Positions 1-13,870 are shown, numbered from the stretch's first letter. The stretch: DNA of 64,000 nucleotides from Macrostomum lignano (GCA_002269645.1 NIVC01000126.1:496001-560000); one strand, 5' to 3'. Numbers and translations: made by a program. Notes: generated from the letters alone by a model not told the origin.

Positions 1-40
1 TGGTTTAGCGCCGCCTTCCACTCCAGCTCTTTCTCGGCAA
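1..40 (-). CDS. possible internal exon of a minus-strand gene leaving the window
   Basis: On the minus strand, pyrimidine-rich ...ATCCAATCAG acceptor at 41-42, then an open, GC-richer frame (AEKELEWKAALN). Too short to assign. Confidence 0.25.
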
Positions 41-204
41 CTGATTGGATGACAAATCAAAATGGGGGTTGCGATAATTTCAGAACACGTTTCTATTTCT
101 AGTGTGATGTGTATTAGAAGTAGAAACTGCGACAAAGTAGTGTTTGAATTTAATCATCTGGTAATTACAACTATCATATTTCTGTTTATATAGTATACTA
201 ATTT

Positions 205-290
205 CAGGCCTTAGAACTGCATACTTAGACCTGATTCACAACCCACCTGGAACAATTTGTGCCCTTGAGCAAGATACCCCCTCTAGTCCT
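205..290 (+). mobile_element. decayed SINE fragment, same family as 41270-41460
   Basis: CTGGAACAATTTGTGCCCTTGAGCAAGA matches the post-tRNA segment of the SINE at 41.4 kb (CTGGAACAATTTGTGTCCTTGAGCAAA). Confidence 0.5.
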
Positions 291-3200
291 TGGACCAAAC
301 AGCTGTTTACAGTCTTAGATAGGCTATATAAAAGCTGCAGCTAAGCTGTGGGTTGTTTAAGTAGGTTGCAATTTATGAAGTTGCAAGTTCTAGTAGATAA
401 GCTAATTATTGTTTGCATATTGCATAAGATGGGTTTATTACATGCTAAATGAGATTGCTTGCTTGCATCTAGAAAATTTAATCTGCTTAGCAACCAGTAT
501 TATTGCATGTTTAATAATTTAGTTTATTATATTTAAATGTATTACTCTTTACAAAGAATTTATTTTGATCATATATTCATATTTGCTTGCTAATACTAAC
601 AATCTGGTTGGCATAAATTGTGGTAAATTAAGGGCAAATGACAAAATTAACAATTTTTCTTACTTTTTAAAAACATTTTTGATAAAACTTGACAATGTAA
701 AATTTTCTATTTATTATCATATATATTTATTTTACCTAGATTGTTCTAAATTGTTACCAAAGATTTTTTTAACTTTTTTTGGGTTAGCTGTAAAAGTAAT
801 TCATATTCTTAGTGAAAACCAAGTTGCTTGGCTGATGTATTTCTTGGGGTAATACATGTGTGAATATAGACTATATGGGAGCTTGCATATACCTATGTTT
901 ATTTTAAGATCTATATCCAACATTAGTATATCATTTAACTGGACCAAACTGAAGCTATACAATATTAAAGAGTTAATCAAGTTTTCTAATGACTAAGCAT
1001 TTAGGCAAAATATATATGTCAAAGTACAAATTGCATTAGATTTAGGTTAAAACTTAAAATATCAACTACTTTTATTATGTTATATATTTTCATAACATTG
1101 GAATATGCATGTTCATGAGATAGTGCACCTTTTCTATAATATTGTATATTCTTCTAGTATATTTTTGCTACAATTATAACCTATTATTTCTTAGAAAATA
1201 CTAAATATTCAAATGTCTACTAAAATATTTTTGTTTTCAGATTGTGATACAAAATAATATTCTTCAAATATATTTGTTTTAAAATAGATTGCTCAACTAG
1301 TATAAATAGAAGCCTGAGTGGTCCAAAGAAGGCAACTCACAGGGGCCTACAAACCTGCAAACTTGCAAGCAACATATAGGCTCACTAAATCATTAAGCAG
1401 TCTTTCAATTGGCTTATTCATTTCTAAAGGACTAAGAACCCCAATTTGGGAGAATTAAGAACTACTGAAAGCAAGAATTACTTAGTAGTCTGAGGTAAAT
1501 TGCCTTGGAGCAGTAAAATGCTTAGAAGCTGTGACTATGATCTTGGGAATACCTAGGACTAAGAGAACCCTTTGTAAGAGTAAAATAGAAGTATAAGAAT
1601 AGGGTACACAATGCCATAGGACTGCTAGGCCAGTAGATAAATAGATATATTACTAGTACAAAAATATATATGCTACCAATATAGAAAAAGATATGCTACT
1701 AGTATAGAAGTAGATATGCTACTAGCAAATAAAAATATAGGCATTAAGTACATTCATATGCAACTAGTAATATTTATATATATGAAACATTAGTAAAAGT
1801 ACATAACTGACAGCAATAAGATCATCTTAGAGGATAAGCATTAGTCTTAGGATAGCTCTTAGTGGCAGTTGTTAGGATATTTACAAAGAACCATAACCCC
1901 TGTTACAACTTGGTGACAGCCATGGCATTATTCTAGGAGACAGAATTTACTATTACAATAACTTTGGTGACAATGGCAGGATTTCTTATTGTATAGGAAC
2001 CAACACTTACTATAAAACTTAAAAATGTTTCATTTGCTTGTCGTGTTGTCTTCTTATAGTTGCCTAGTTCTATATGGCCTCGGTTATAATTATAGCAGTC
2101 AAAACTTGCAACAATGGAATACTATTGTAGGCATAGACCTATCCATAGTTGCCATAGGCACCTATTTTACCATATTTGCTATAAGATCCTATGCCATAGT
2201 CTATAGGACTATATACCATAGGATGCACCGACCGCGCGGAAACATTTTTAGCTGACACAGAAGTTACATGCAGCATGCAGCCAGCAGTTATACTATAAGT
2301 GTGAGGGCCCATGAGGCATTGCAACAATAAAGGACCTTTTTTGCTGTTGTGACAATAAAGGATCTTTTGCTATTTGGCACTATATGCACTATATCATGTG
2401 GATTCTTTTAGTTCATTTTTAAAAATACAACAATATATCCATTACATTGTTCTACAAGACTAACATTCTAAAACAATGAGTAAACTTCCCAACACCATCG
2501 ATGTCATTAGTATATGCACAAAAACCAGTTCTGAGATCTAACTTTTTGCCTTGCATTTACTGAACTCTATAATGGACTTTTTAATAAGTAAACAGTTAAA
2601 CAAAACAAAGAAAATTTTACTTACTATGTCCTAAATATTTATAAAACAAATTTTTAACATACAGAAAAATACTTCTTTTATTACTAAGAAACACACCTAT
2701 AATGGCTATATTAACAAGCAAGAGCATTAATTTTCTTTATTAGATTCTCTATTTGGATATGATTTATGATTTATAAACACTGCTACATACTATACACAGT
2801 GATAGGCACTGCTAAATTTATTTTTAGCACCACTAATTAGCTCTATTGCTAATTGATAGAAGAAAAAAATTAGCAATTGCTAATAGCGGGTGCTATTTCT
2901 ACTTTGAATTTAGTGCAATTAGTGCTACTAATTTTGAAATGCACTAATTATTAAATACATTTAATATAAAAATGCCATTGCTAATTGGCTAAATTGCTAT
3001 TGCTAATAATTTGTTTCTATTATCAATCCTAATAAAAAATTCTCTAGCCACTGAATTGTCAGAGCAATCTCAGTTAGTAGAAAGAGTTCCTGAATTACAA
3101 TTTTGTTTGCCCAGAAAAATGTCAAAGGCCCTTGCTACAAATATTTATAAGTAAGATCATCCACAAAGGAATTTTCACCAAAAAAGGATATCTATAAGAC

Positions 3201-4409
3201 TATGGATCCTCTAGCTATAGCCATAGCTACTAAAATAAAAGCTACTTAGAAAGCAAATTCTATTGTAGCATACAATAGTCTACAATCCTGACATTTTCCT
3301 ATAAGTCTAGTCAATTAAAAGGTCTATTTTGGAAATTATAGGCCTATAACCTTTGCTACCAACAAAGGTTAAGTAGGCTTAAATGAGAATTCTAATTTAT
3401 TTAAAGATTTATTGCACTACTATACTATTTTAGGATTAAATTGTTAAAATAAAATATATACTATAAAAATGATTAAATTTATTATCCACTTACCAATTGT
3501 GCGAAAATCTGTCATTATTTTGAAATAAAGTTGATCTAATGACAATGTTTCTATTTAAAATTTGATCTACTACACCAGCTACCTTATGTCATATGAGGAA
3601 ACACATAAACAAAATATTCATATATTCTCAGTAAACTTAGTACACTGTATTGTCTGTACACCTTGGCATTGGCTAGTTGACTTGTGAGAATGTGAGCGTG
3701 TGCCTAGTGCCTAGGCCCTACCTTGAAGTCTTGAACCTATAATAATTAAATAATATGTATCTAACCGAAACGACAGGCTAGTAAACACAACAAAAGGCTC
3801 AGCAGGCTCAGTTAAAATTTTTACGCAATATAAAACCTCAGAACTAGTAATGTATTTTTAGGACATGTATCTGGCCACACGGATTACTGGAGTAATGGAG
3901 TCGGAACGGAGCTACCGCTGTTAAAAATATAGTTGTTTTCTTAGAAACAAATGTAATTTTAAAATAGACCTACCTAAGGCTAATAGTTATAATAACAATT
4001 TTAAAAAAAGGATTATTTTCGCAAACGTAATAAATTACTAATAATAAATAAATAAATAAATAAATTATTACTTACTGAACGCCGTGGCGTCTTGTAGTAG
4101 TTAATTCTAGTGGAACGATTACCTAAAAAACCTGAAATTGTTTATATAAATTTATATAGTCCGATTGTGCACAGACGTGACAGAAGCACATCTATTGCAT
4201 TAAAACAGTAATAAAATAAAACTAAAGGGCAAGCCCCAGGTCTTTTTTTGTACATGGTTCTAGGCCTATAACTAAACTATTGGCCTTGTTTTTTTATACT
4301 ATCCATTTACATTGACTGTTAGTGTCAGTGTCAGGCTACTGGCCTTACTTAGGTCATAAAGCGAATTAGACCTAGAGGCTAGACTAGACATTCTTTGTGA
4401 ATTTTGACC

Positions 4410-7400
4410 ATGAATACATCTGCTGAGGAAGCACATCTAAAAGATGTAGAAAGTTATCTTGAAAAACATGGTGTTCAAAAAGTTCTTAAAGAGTGCATTG
4501 TTCAGCTTTGCACAGTTCAACCAGATAATCCTTTTGAATATATCAAGGAGTATTTTGATAAAGTAGACAAGGTAAAAAATAATAGACATCTTTTTAAATG
4601 ATTCATATTTTTTATTCTATTCCCTTTCAAATACGAATTTAATCTAGTTATAATTTTTCATATAAATAAACAGTTTATAAGTTGAAATGTTTATTTTTTA
4701 ATAATATTTTAGGATCGTATCCTCATGCCAGACCAATTTGCAACTACTGGTGCCGGCAGTGAATCATTGGCTAGTTCAGCACTTGCCACTGGGACTTCAA
4801 GAGCTTTAGCTTCTACAGCTGGTGCAGCTTTGCCAATGCCTGGCACTGAAGGTGATGTTGATTATGACAGTGAGACAATGCTGCCACCCATGCCGGCAGC
4901 AGCGGCAGCACCGCAGTCTCAGAAACAGCGCACTAGAAGGGGCGCAGTTAGTGGCGAAGTTTACACAGAGGAAGATGCCGCTAGCTATGTCAAAAAGGTG
5001 CAGCAGCTCTCTTGAGACAGTTTGAAAAAATACTGCAAATATTGCCAAGATAGTTTTATCTTGAAGTTTGTTTATACAATTGTTTTTATTAACTTCAGGT
5101 GGTGCCAAAGGACTATAAAACAATGGGCGCTCTGTCCAAGGCAATTACTAAAAATGTTCTGTTTTCGCATTTGGATGAAAATGAACGCAGGTAAGTTTGA
5201 TTGTAGCTAATTTAGATGGAATGACGTTACCTTTTTCTCCAGAAATAGTTGTAGTACAATTCAATGATGACCCCTTTTTCTTAGAGCACCTGCTTTTTAT
5301 TAATCAATGGAATTTGCAATAGCATAGACTCTTTAAAGGGTTGGCTTTTCTTGTATAGCCTTGGCATTGTTAATGGCATCTGTTTCTTGGAATGATGGCA
5401 ATTTTTAATATAATTTACAATGGCACCTGTTTCTTAGAATGGCAGTGGTTTTCATGTAGATATAATTAACAATGGCACCTGTTTCTTAGAATGGCAGTGG
5501 TTTTCATGTAGATATAATTAACAATGGCACCTGTTTCTTAGAATGGCAGCGGTTTTCATGTAAATATAATTAACAATGGCACCTGTTTCTTAGAATGGCA
5601 GCAGTTTTCATGTAAATATAATTAACAATGGCACCTGTTTCTTAGAATGGCAGCGGTTTCATGTAGATATAATTAACAATGGCACCTGTTTTTTAGAATG
5701 GCAGCGGTTTTCATGTAAATATAATTAACAATGGCACCTGTTTCTTAGAATGGCAGCGGTTTTCATGTAGATATAATTAACAATGGCACCTGTTTCTTAG
5801 AATGGCAGCGGTTTTCATGTAGATATAATTAACAATGGCACCTGTTTCTTAGAATGGCAGCGGTTTTTTATGTAGATATAATTAACAATGGCACCTGTTT
5901 CTTAGAATGGCGGCAGTTTTCATGTAAATATAATTAACAATGGCACCTGTTTCTTAGAATGGCGGCAGTTTTCGTGTAGATATAATTAACAATGGCACCT
6001 GTTTCTTAGAATGGCGGCAGTTTTCATGTAAATATAATTAACAATGGCACCTGTTTCTTAGAATGGCGGCAGTTTTCGTGTAGATATAATTAACAATGGC
6101 ACCTGTTTCTTAGAATGGCGACAGTTTTCATGTAGATATAATTAACAATGGCACCTGTTTCTTAGAATGGCGGCAGTTTTTATGTAGATATAATTAACAA
6201 TGGCACCTGTTTCTTGGAATGGCGGCAGTTTTCATGTAGATATAATTAACAATGGCACCTGTTTCTTAGAATGGCGGCAGTTTTCATGTAGATATAATTA
6301 ACAATGGCACCTGTTTCTTGGAATGGCGTCAGTTTTCACGTAGATTTAATTAACAATGGCACCTGTTTCTTAGAATGGCGGCAGTTTTCATGTAGATATA
6401 ATTAACAATGGCACCTGTTTCTTAGAATGGCGGCAGTTTTCATGTAGATATAATTAACAATGGCACCTGTTTCTTAGAATGGCGGCAGTTTTCATGTAGA
6501 TATAATTAACAATGGCACCTGTTTCTTAGAATGGCGGCAGTTTTCATGTAGATATAATTAACAATGGCACCTGTTTCTTAGAATGGCGGCAGTTTTCATG
6601 TAGATATAATTAACAATGGCACCTGTTTCTTAGAATGACGGCAGTTTTCATGTGGCTGTAATTAAAGATGGCAGCCTGGTTCTTCTCGTAGAATTCACCT
6701 GTAGCAACTAGGAATCGCGTATCCTGTATGTAATAATAATCCCTGGAAAAATCCCCTTCCCAGCGACATATTCGACGCCATGTTCCCGCTGCATCGCAAT
6801 GCCGACGAAGTAATAATTGAACAGGGCGCTGAGGGCGACAATTTCTACATACTTGACCAAGGTGAGGTTGACATATTTGTCAATGGCAATTACATTAGCA
6901 CAGTTAGCGAAGGCGGCAGTTTCGGCGAATTGGCGCTGATCTACGGCACACCTAGGGCGGCCACTGTTAAAGCTAAAACTGAGGTTAAACTCTGGGGCAT
7001 CGATCGCGACTCGTACAGGCGAATCCTGATGGGCAGCACCATTAGGAAGCGGAAGATGTACGAGGAGTTTCTCAGTAAAGTGCCTATACTGGAGAATTTG
7101 GACCTGTGGGAGCGGCTTACTGTGGCCGACGCTTTGGAGAATGTGACTTTTGAGGATCAAAAAATTGTTGTACGACAGGGCGAAGCTGGCGAAGATTTCT
7201 TCATTATACTCGAGGTGAGACAGGGTGAATCCTGTTTTTTAGTTTCCTTAAAAGTCTATCTATTGATTTCCATCATAGCATGTTTTGCTAAAGCCCTTTG
7301 AAGTCTCTTTGATGCTCTAAGAACCCTGTCTTTGTTACCCTGAGAACCTTGTCTTTGTTGCTTTGTTGCCCTAAGAACCATGTCTTTGTTGCCATGAGAA

Positions 7401-10400
7401 CCCTGTCTTTGTTGCCCTGAGAACCTTGTTTTTGTTGCCCTAAGAACCCTGTCTTTGTTGCTTTGTTGCCCTAAGAACCCTGTCGTTGTTGCCCTGAGAA
7501 CCTTGTCTTTGTTGCCCTAAGAACCCTGTCTTTGTTGCTTTGTTGCCCTAAGAACCCTGTCGTTGTTGCCCTGAGAACCTTGTTTTTGTTGCCCTAAGAA
7601 CCCTGTCTTTGTTGCACTAAGAACCATGTCTTTGTTGCCATGAGAACCCTGTCTTTGTTGCCCTGAGAACCTTGTTTTTGTTGCCCTAAGAACCCCGTCT
7701 TTGTTGCACTAAGAACCATGTCTTTGTTGCCATGAGAACCCTGTCTTTGTTGCACTTAAAGAACCCTGTCTTTGTTGCCCTAAGAACCCTGTCTTTATTG
7801 CCCTTGAAGAACCCTATCTTTGTTTCCCTAAGAACCCTGTCTTTGTTGTCCCTAAGAACCCTGTCTTTGTTGACCTATGAACCCTGTCTTCGATACCTTA
7901 AGAAACCGGTCTTTCCATTTTGACACCATTATATAAATTTGTTTTGACATATCTTAAACACCTGTTTGAATTATAAAAAACAACCTTCTATGTTGTTTAT
8001 ACTTTAAGTAGTTTGGTAATACCTCTTAAATCCTTTGTAGACCAAAATAAATTTATCGATTTATGTTCAATTCCACAGGGCGTCGCTTCAGTTTTGCAGA
8101 AACCATCCGAAAATGACGAAGCTGTAGAAGTTGGCAGGCTAGGTCCGTCTGACTACTTTGGTAAGTAGTAAGGATCGGATTATTAGTAAAAGGGAGAATT
8201 CTCAGATACTGGACTACTGTCAGTTAACAGTGTGTCAGCTGTCATTGTCAGACACTGGACTAACTGTGTCAGTTAACAATGTGTCAGCTGTCATTGTCAG
8301 ACACTGGACAGACACTGGACTAACTGTGTCAGCTGTCATTGTCAGACACTGGACTAACTGTGTCAGTTAACAGTGTGTCAGCTGTCATTGTCAGACACTG
8401 GACTAACTGTGTCAGTTAACAATGTGTCAGCTGCCATTGTCAGACACTGGACTAACTGTCAGTTAACAGTGTGTCAGCTGTCATTGTCAGACACTGGACT
8501 AACTGTCAGTTAACAGTGTGTCAGCTGTCATTGTCAGACACTGGACCAACTGTGTCAGTTAACAATGTGTCAGCTGTCATTGTCAGACACTGGACTAACT
8601 GTCAGTTAACAGTGTGTCAGCTGTCATTGCTAGACACTGGACTAACTGTGTCAGTTAACAGTGTGTCAGCTGTCATTGTCAGACACTGGACTAACTGTGT
8701 CAGTTAACAGTGTGTCAGCTGTCATTGCTAGACACTGGACTAACTGTGTCAGTTAACAGTGTGTCACATACATGCGCAACTTCTGAAATTACGCTGGCCG
8801 TGCGACTTAGTTTTCGATAAAAAATGCGACTTACCTATGAAAGAGCCAAGCAAAAACTTTAGGTAAACGGCAGGAGTAACTATAACCATATTTTTAAAGC
8901 TAAATGCCTCGCCAGCTAATTAGTGCTGCGTGCAGATTCCGCGTTTTTATAACAGCTAATCAGTATGTCATCTAGTGGCGGCATGAAGCAATTAGTAAAT
9001 TGTCAGTACAGTGTAGTGAGCATACTACAAAAGTCATGATTCATGAATGTCCAGAAGTAAGTGAAGTGAATACAGTGTGACCTATAGCTCAAGAACGATT
9101 TGCTAGACGATTTGGCATGGAAGATGAGAGCCCTGATTCAGATGGCTCATCAGATGCAGAATACGAATCCAGTAGAGATACAAGCTGTGAAAACCCTCAG
9201 ATTTTTAAACCACTGAATTCTAATTCCCGGAACTATTTTTGCATAGATTCTAAATTTGAAGTCATGCTCAAACAAAAACTTGTTAACAGTTAGGAAAAAG
9301 GCAAAGATGGGAGTAATGCATGTTAAACTAAGATTTGAGGCCTTTGCAAATTCTCTCCATTCCTCAATCTTCATTCTCTTTTTCTTTTCTCTCTCATCCC
9401 TTATCCCTTCTCTCTTTCCTCTCCTCTCTCCTCTCTTTCCTCTCCTCTCCTATCTCTTCTGTCTCCTCTCTACATTCTTATCTCTCCTCTCGTCTCTCCA
9501 TTCCACTCTACTCTCTCATCTTATCTTCCCTCTCGTCTCTCTCCACTCTACTCTCTCATCTTATCTCTCCTCTCTTTTCTACTCTCTCATCTCTCCTCTC
9601 TTCACTCTCCTCTCATCTCCTCTTTATCCTCTCTTCTCTCATCTACTCTCTCCTCTTTCCTCTTTCCTCTCTTCTGATCTCATCCATCATCTTTTCTTTC
9701 CTCTTTCCTCTCATCTCCTCTTCTCTCTCATCTCTTTTTCCTCCCTCAGCTTTTCTCTCCTCTTCTATCTTTTCTCCCATCGCATCGCTCGCCTCTCCTC
9801 TGTTTGCTTATCTCTAATCTTCTATTCCCTCTACTTTGAAGAAAGAAAATATGCACATATTTTTGCTGAAGATAAGAGGAGAGAAGAGGGCATTGAGGAG
9901 AAAGGGTAGAGAGAAAGGGGGAGAAGAGAGGAGAGTAAAAATGAGAGGAGAGAGAAGAGGGAAAAGGGGGGAGAGAGAAGAGGGGAGGCAAGGTAGAGAA
10001 GAAGAGAGAGATGAGAGTTGAAGAGACACCAACCTCGGGTTTCAAGGAACCCGAGGGGCGAGGGCCAGATAGAGGGGCTTCGCGAGCCGGAGTTTGCCAA
10101 CCCCTGCTCCAGAGTTTAAGAAATCAATGGGAAACTGTTGACGCGGGCTTCTGATTTCAAAGATCTTGTCTGTTGTTGAAGGCTTCTATTCTGTTTTTGC
10201 TCTCCTGCCACACTTGCACCTACTACCCCCTGATTGTGACTTACTTCCCTCTTATTGCGACTTAGTTGCTTCTTTTTGCGACTTACCTAATCCTTTTTGC
10301 GACTTACCTAATCCTTTTTGCGACTTACTTAATCCTTTTTGCGACTTACCTAATCCTTTTGCGACTTACCTAACCCTTTTGCGACTTACCTAATCCTTTT

Positions 10401-11478
10401 TGCGACTTACCTAATCCTTTTTGCGACTTACCTAATCCTTTTGCGACTTAGCTGATCCTTTTGCGACTTACCTGATTCTTTTTGCGACTTACTTAATCCT
10501 TTTTGCGACTTACCTGATCCTTTTTGCGACTTACCTAACCCTTTTGCGACTTACCTAATCCTTTTGCGACTTACCTAATCCTTTTTGCGACTTACCTAAT
10601 CCTTTTTGGGACTTACCTAATCCTTTTTGCGACTTACCTGATCCTTTTTGCGACTTACCTAATCCTTTTTGCGACTTACCTAATCCTTTTTGGGACTTAC
10701 CTAATCCTTTTTGCGACTTACCTGATCCTTTTTGCGACTTACCTAATCCTTTTTGGGACTTACCCAATCCTTTTTGCGACTTACCTAACCCTTTTGCGAC
10801 TTACCTGATCCTTTTTGCGACTTACCTGATTATTTTTACAACTTAGTTTGCTTCTTTTGCGAATTGTTTTTCTTTTGCTTCACCATTTTCCCTGAACTGC
10901 TCTTTCTTTCGCTTTCCTCTTGCCTTTCTTGGTTCTTGTGTTTTTCTGTTTTTGGTTGACTCAATTTTGCGACTTACCCCTGGTCAGCCACGATTTATGG
11001 TGGCCGGATCGGCCAGGTCGGCCAGCAGTTGTGCATGTATGGTGTGTCAGCTGTCATTGTCAGTCACTGGACTAACTGTGTCAGTTAACAATGAGTCAGC
11101 TGTCATTGTCAGACACTGGACTAACTGTGTCAGTTAACAATGTGTCAGCTGTCGTTGTCAGACACTGGACTAACTGTGTCAGTTAACAATGTATCAGCTG
11201 TCATTGCTAGAATTTGCTGTATCACTGTTAGCAAGATGAGAACCAGCTACAAGTAAACCAGAATCGTGTGTATTAATCAAAAATCCTTTATCAAAATGTA
11301 TCAAGGCGAAATCGCACTGCTGCTTGACCGGCCGAGGGCGGCCACCGTGATCGCTCGTGGCCCGTTGAAATGCGTGAAGCTGGACAGAAAACGGTTCGAA
11401 CGAGTGATGGGACCCTGCGGCGATATTCTGAAGCGGAATATAGCCAAGTACAACTCTTACATACTGCTGACCGTGTGA
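4410..11478 (+). CDS. PRKAR1: cAMP-dependent protein kinase type I regulatory subunit (6 coding exons)
   Basis: Exons 4410-4571, 4713-4997, 5099-5190, 6764-7214, 8079-8160, 11306-11478, all GT-AG and phase-consistent. D/D domain ([19 protein letters not shown]), RI-type pseudosubstrate RRGAV, two cAMP-binding cassettes ([16 protein letters not shown]; [16 protein letters not shown]). Confidence 0.97.
5415..6655. repeat. 52-bp minisatellite, PRKAR1 intron 3 (~24 copies)
   Basis: Unit AACAATGGCACCTGTTTCTTAGAATGGCGGCAGTTTTCATGTAGATATAATT; degenerate copies at both edges. Confidence 0.97.
7315..7885. repeat. 23-bp minisatellite, PRKAR1 intron 4
   Basis: Unit GAACCCTGTCTTTGTTGCCCTAA with variants. 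Confidence 0.95.
8205..8766. repeat. 49-bp minisatellite, PRKAR1 intron 5 (left part; resumes at 11042-11210)
   Basis: Unit CTGTGTCAGTTAACAGTGTGTCAGCTGTCATTGTCAGACACTGGACTAA; the array is split by the element at 8767-11041. Confidence 0.95.
9365..10020. repeat. CT-rich tract (9365-9830) followed by GA-rich tract (9845-10020)
   Basis: Low-complexity polypyrimidine then polypurine sequence inside the hAT-like element. Confidence 0.9.
10255..10845. repeat. 21-bp tandem repeat inside the hAT-like element
   Basis: Unit TTTTTGCGACTTACCTAATCC, roughly 27 copies. Confidence 0.95.
11042..11210. repeat. 49-bp minisatellite, right part
   Basis: Same unit as 8205-8766, continuing after the TSD. Confidence 0.9.
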
Positions 11479-11624
11479 GCCAGTGATGGCTAAAGAGTTC
11501 TTCAAGAAAGTACTTCTATTAATTACAAGTTTTTTGTGTGCTTAGTGTCTTTTAGTTCTTTTTTCGAGTGCTATTTTTCAATTTAAACTGCATAAATTAG
11601 CTGGGTGATAGAAGCTGTAGATGT

Positions 11625-12550
11625 ATCACTATCCACTGAAGTTTCAGGGGCAAAATGTGTCCACTGAAGTTTCAGTCAGGGGCAAGATGTGTCCACTGAA
11701 GTTTCAGGGGTAGATGTGTCCACTGAAGTTTCAGGGGGTAGATGTGTCTACTGAAGTTTCAGGGGTAGATGTGTCCACTGAAGTTTCAGGGGGTAGATGT
11801 GTCTACTGAAGTTTCAGGGGTAGATGTGTCCACTGAAGTTTCAGGGGGTAGATGTGTCTACTGAAGTTTCAGGGGTAGATGTGTCCACTGAAGTTTCAGG
11901 GGTAGATGTGTCCACTTAGGGTTCAGAGGCAGATGTGTCCACTTAGGGTTCAGAGGCAGATGTGTCCACTAAAGTTTCAGGGGGTAGATGTGTCCACTGA
12001 AGTTTCAGGGGGTAGATGTGTCCACTTAGGGTTCAGAGGCAGATGTGTTCATTTAGGGTTCAGAGGCAGATGTGTTCATTTAGGGTTCAGAGGCAGATGT
12101 GTTCATTTAGGGTTCAGAGGCAGATGTGTTCATTTAGGGCTCAGAGGCAGATGTGTCAATTTAGGGTTCAGAGGCAGATGTGTCCATTTAGGGTTCAGAG
12201 GCATATGTGTCCATTTAGGGTTCAGAGGCAGATGTGTCCACTTAGGGTTCAGAGGCAGATGTGTCCATTTAGGGTTCAGAGGCAGATGTGTCCACTTAGG
12301 GTTCAGAGGCAGTTGTGTCCATTTAGGGTTCAGAGGCAGATGTGTTCATTTAGGGTTCAGAGGCAGATGTGTCCACTTAGGGTTCAGAGGCAGATGTGTC
12401 CACTTAGGGTTCAGAGGCAGATGTGTCCATTTAGGGTTCAGAGGCAGATGTGTCCATTTAGGGTTCAGAGGCAGATGTGTCCATTTAGGGTTCAGAGGCA
12501 GATGTGTTCATTTAGGGTTCAGAGGCAGATGTGTCCACTTAGGGTTCAGG
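11625..12550. repeat. 27-bp minisatellite with two variant domains, downstream of the PRKAR1 stop
   Basis: GATGTGTCCACTGAAGTTTCAGGGGTA-type units to about 11910, then mostly GATGTGTCCA(C/T)TTAGGGTTCAGAGGCA units. Confidence 0.95.
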
Positions 12551-13254
12551 TTCAATAAACTGTTTCGCGCCGCGTTGTGTCTTGCTGTGCTAAGTTATTT
12601 TTCATATTTTCCTGTTTTTTGTAGAAATTCAACCCTCATGCTGCTACGAATTACGAATTAAATTTCATAATTGCTTATTGCTGTATATTCGCTTACTATA
12701 CTACTAATACGCGAAATTTGAACTGGCGCCATGATATTATTCGTTCGTATTTTAACAAACAAAATCTTTTGTTTCCCAAAGCAAGGATGGCCAGTGAATT
12801 TTTGTGCTTGTAAACAGTTAAATAATTTGCCAGACCAAATCGAGCTTAAATATTATTTAAATATGATTATTGTTCTTGCCTGTCTGCCTAGTTGCCGTGT
12901 GAACTTTTCCCTGTTCTTTTTATTAAATTTTTAACACCTCGTGATTTAAACTACGCTCGTATTTTGGAGGGTAGTGCAATATTTTTTGTAGCAATTGTTT
13001 TGTCTAATATTTTATTTACCTATCCTAACCTGCCGTAAACAAATGAATTTATTTAACTTTACCCTGACACTTTATTAGTTCTAGTTTGCGTTATATTGAC
13101 GTGTAAGAAGTGACAGACTGTTGAAGTTTCTGCAAAAAACAATCTTTTATTTTCATTCACATTTTTGAACTTTGTTCTTTGTAATTTTTTTAAAATAGAA
13201 AATGTTTATGTTTTTATAGCCCTCGAATCTATTTAAGGGGGTTCCTACCATCTC

Positions 13255-13870
13255 TCTCAGTTGACCTCACTGGGTTGCTACCCTTGTTTTTTGACCTCAC
13301 AGGGTTGCTACCCCTGTTTATGATCTCACTGGGTTGCTACCCCTGTTTATGACCTCATTGGGTTGCTACCCCAGTTTATGATCTCACTGGGTTGCTACCC
13401 CTGTTTTATGACCTGACTGGGTTGCTACCCCTATTTTATGACCTCACAGGGTTGCTACCCCTGCTCTATGACCTCACTGGGTTGCTACCCCTGCTCTATG
13501 ACCTCACTAGGTTGCTACCACCTGCTCTATGACCTCACTGGGTTGCTACTCCGTGTTCTATGACCTCACGGGTTGCTACCCCTGTTTTATGACCTCACTG
13601 GGTTGCTACCTCTGTTTATGATCTCACTGGGTTGCTACCCCTGTTTTATGACCTGACTGGGTTGCTACCCCTATTTTATGACCTCAGGGTTGCTACCCCT
13701 GTTTTATGACCTGACTGGGTTGCTACCCCTATTTACGACCTCACAGGGTTGCTACCCCCTGCTCTATGACCTCCCTGGGTTGCTACCCCCTGCTCTATGA
13801 CCTCACTGGGTTGCTACCCCGTGCTCTATGACCTCACAGAGTTTCTACCCCTTCTCTTTGACCTCACTAA
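13255..13870. repeat. ~30-bp minisatellite upstream of the THAP gene
   Basis: Unit TGACCTCACTGGGTTGCTACCCCTGTTTTA with variants. Confidence 0.93.

Larger units (their letters stand above)
8767..11041. mobile_element. non-autonomous hAT-like DNA transposon (2275 bp)
   Basis: 15-bp TIRs CATACATGCGCAACT / AGTTGTGCATGTATG (1 mismatch); 8-bp TSD GTGTGTCA at 8759-8766 and 11042-11049; no transposase ORF. An 8-bp TSD is characteristic of hAT. Confidence 0.88.

Noticed and set aside
565-3700. Short ORFs and possible upstream exons of a minus-strand gene
   Set aside because: AT-rich, no homology signal, and no phase-consistent exon chain could be built.
10030-10108. hAT-type end (GTTTGCCAACCCCTG) inside the 2.3-kb element
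   Set aside because: The partner TIR was not found; kept only as a truncated fragment.
9150-10767. Leu/Ser-rich and GKSQK-repeat ORFs
   Set aside because: Low-complexity CT tract and the 21-bp repeat.
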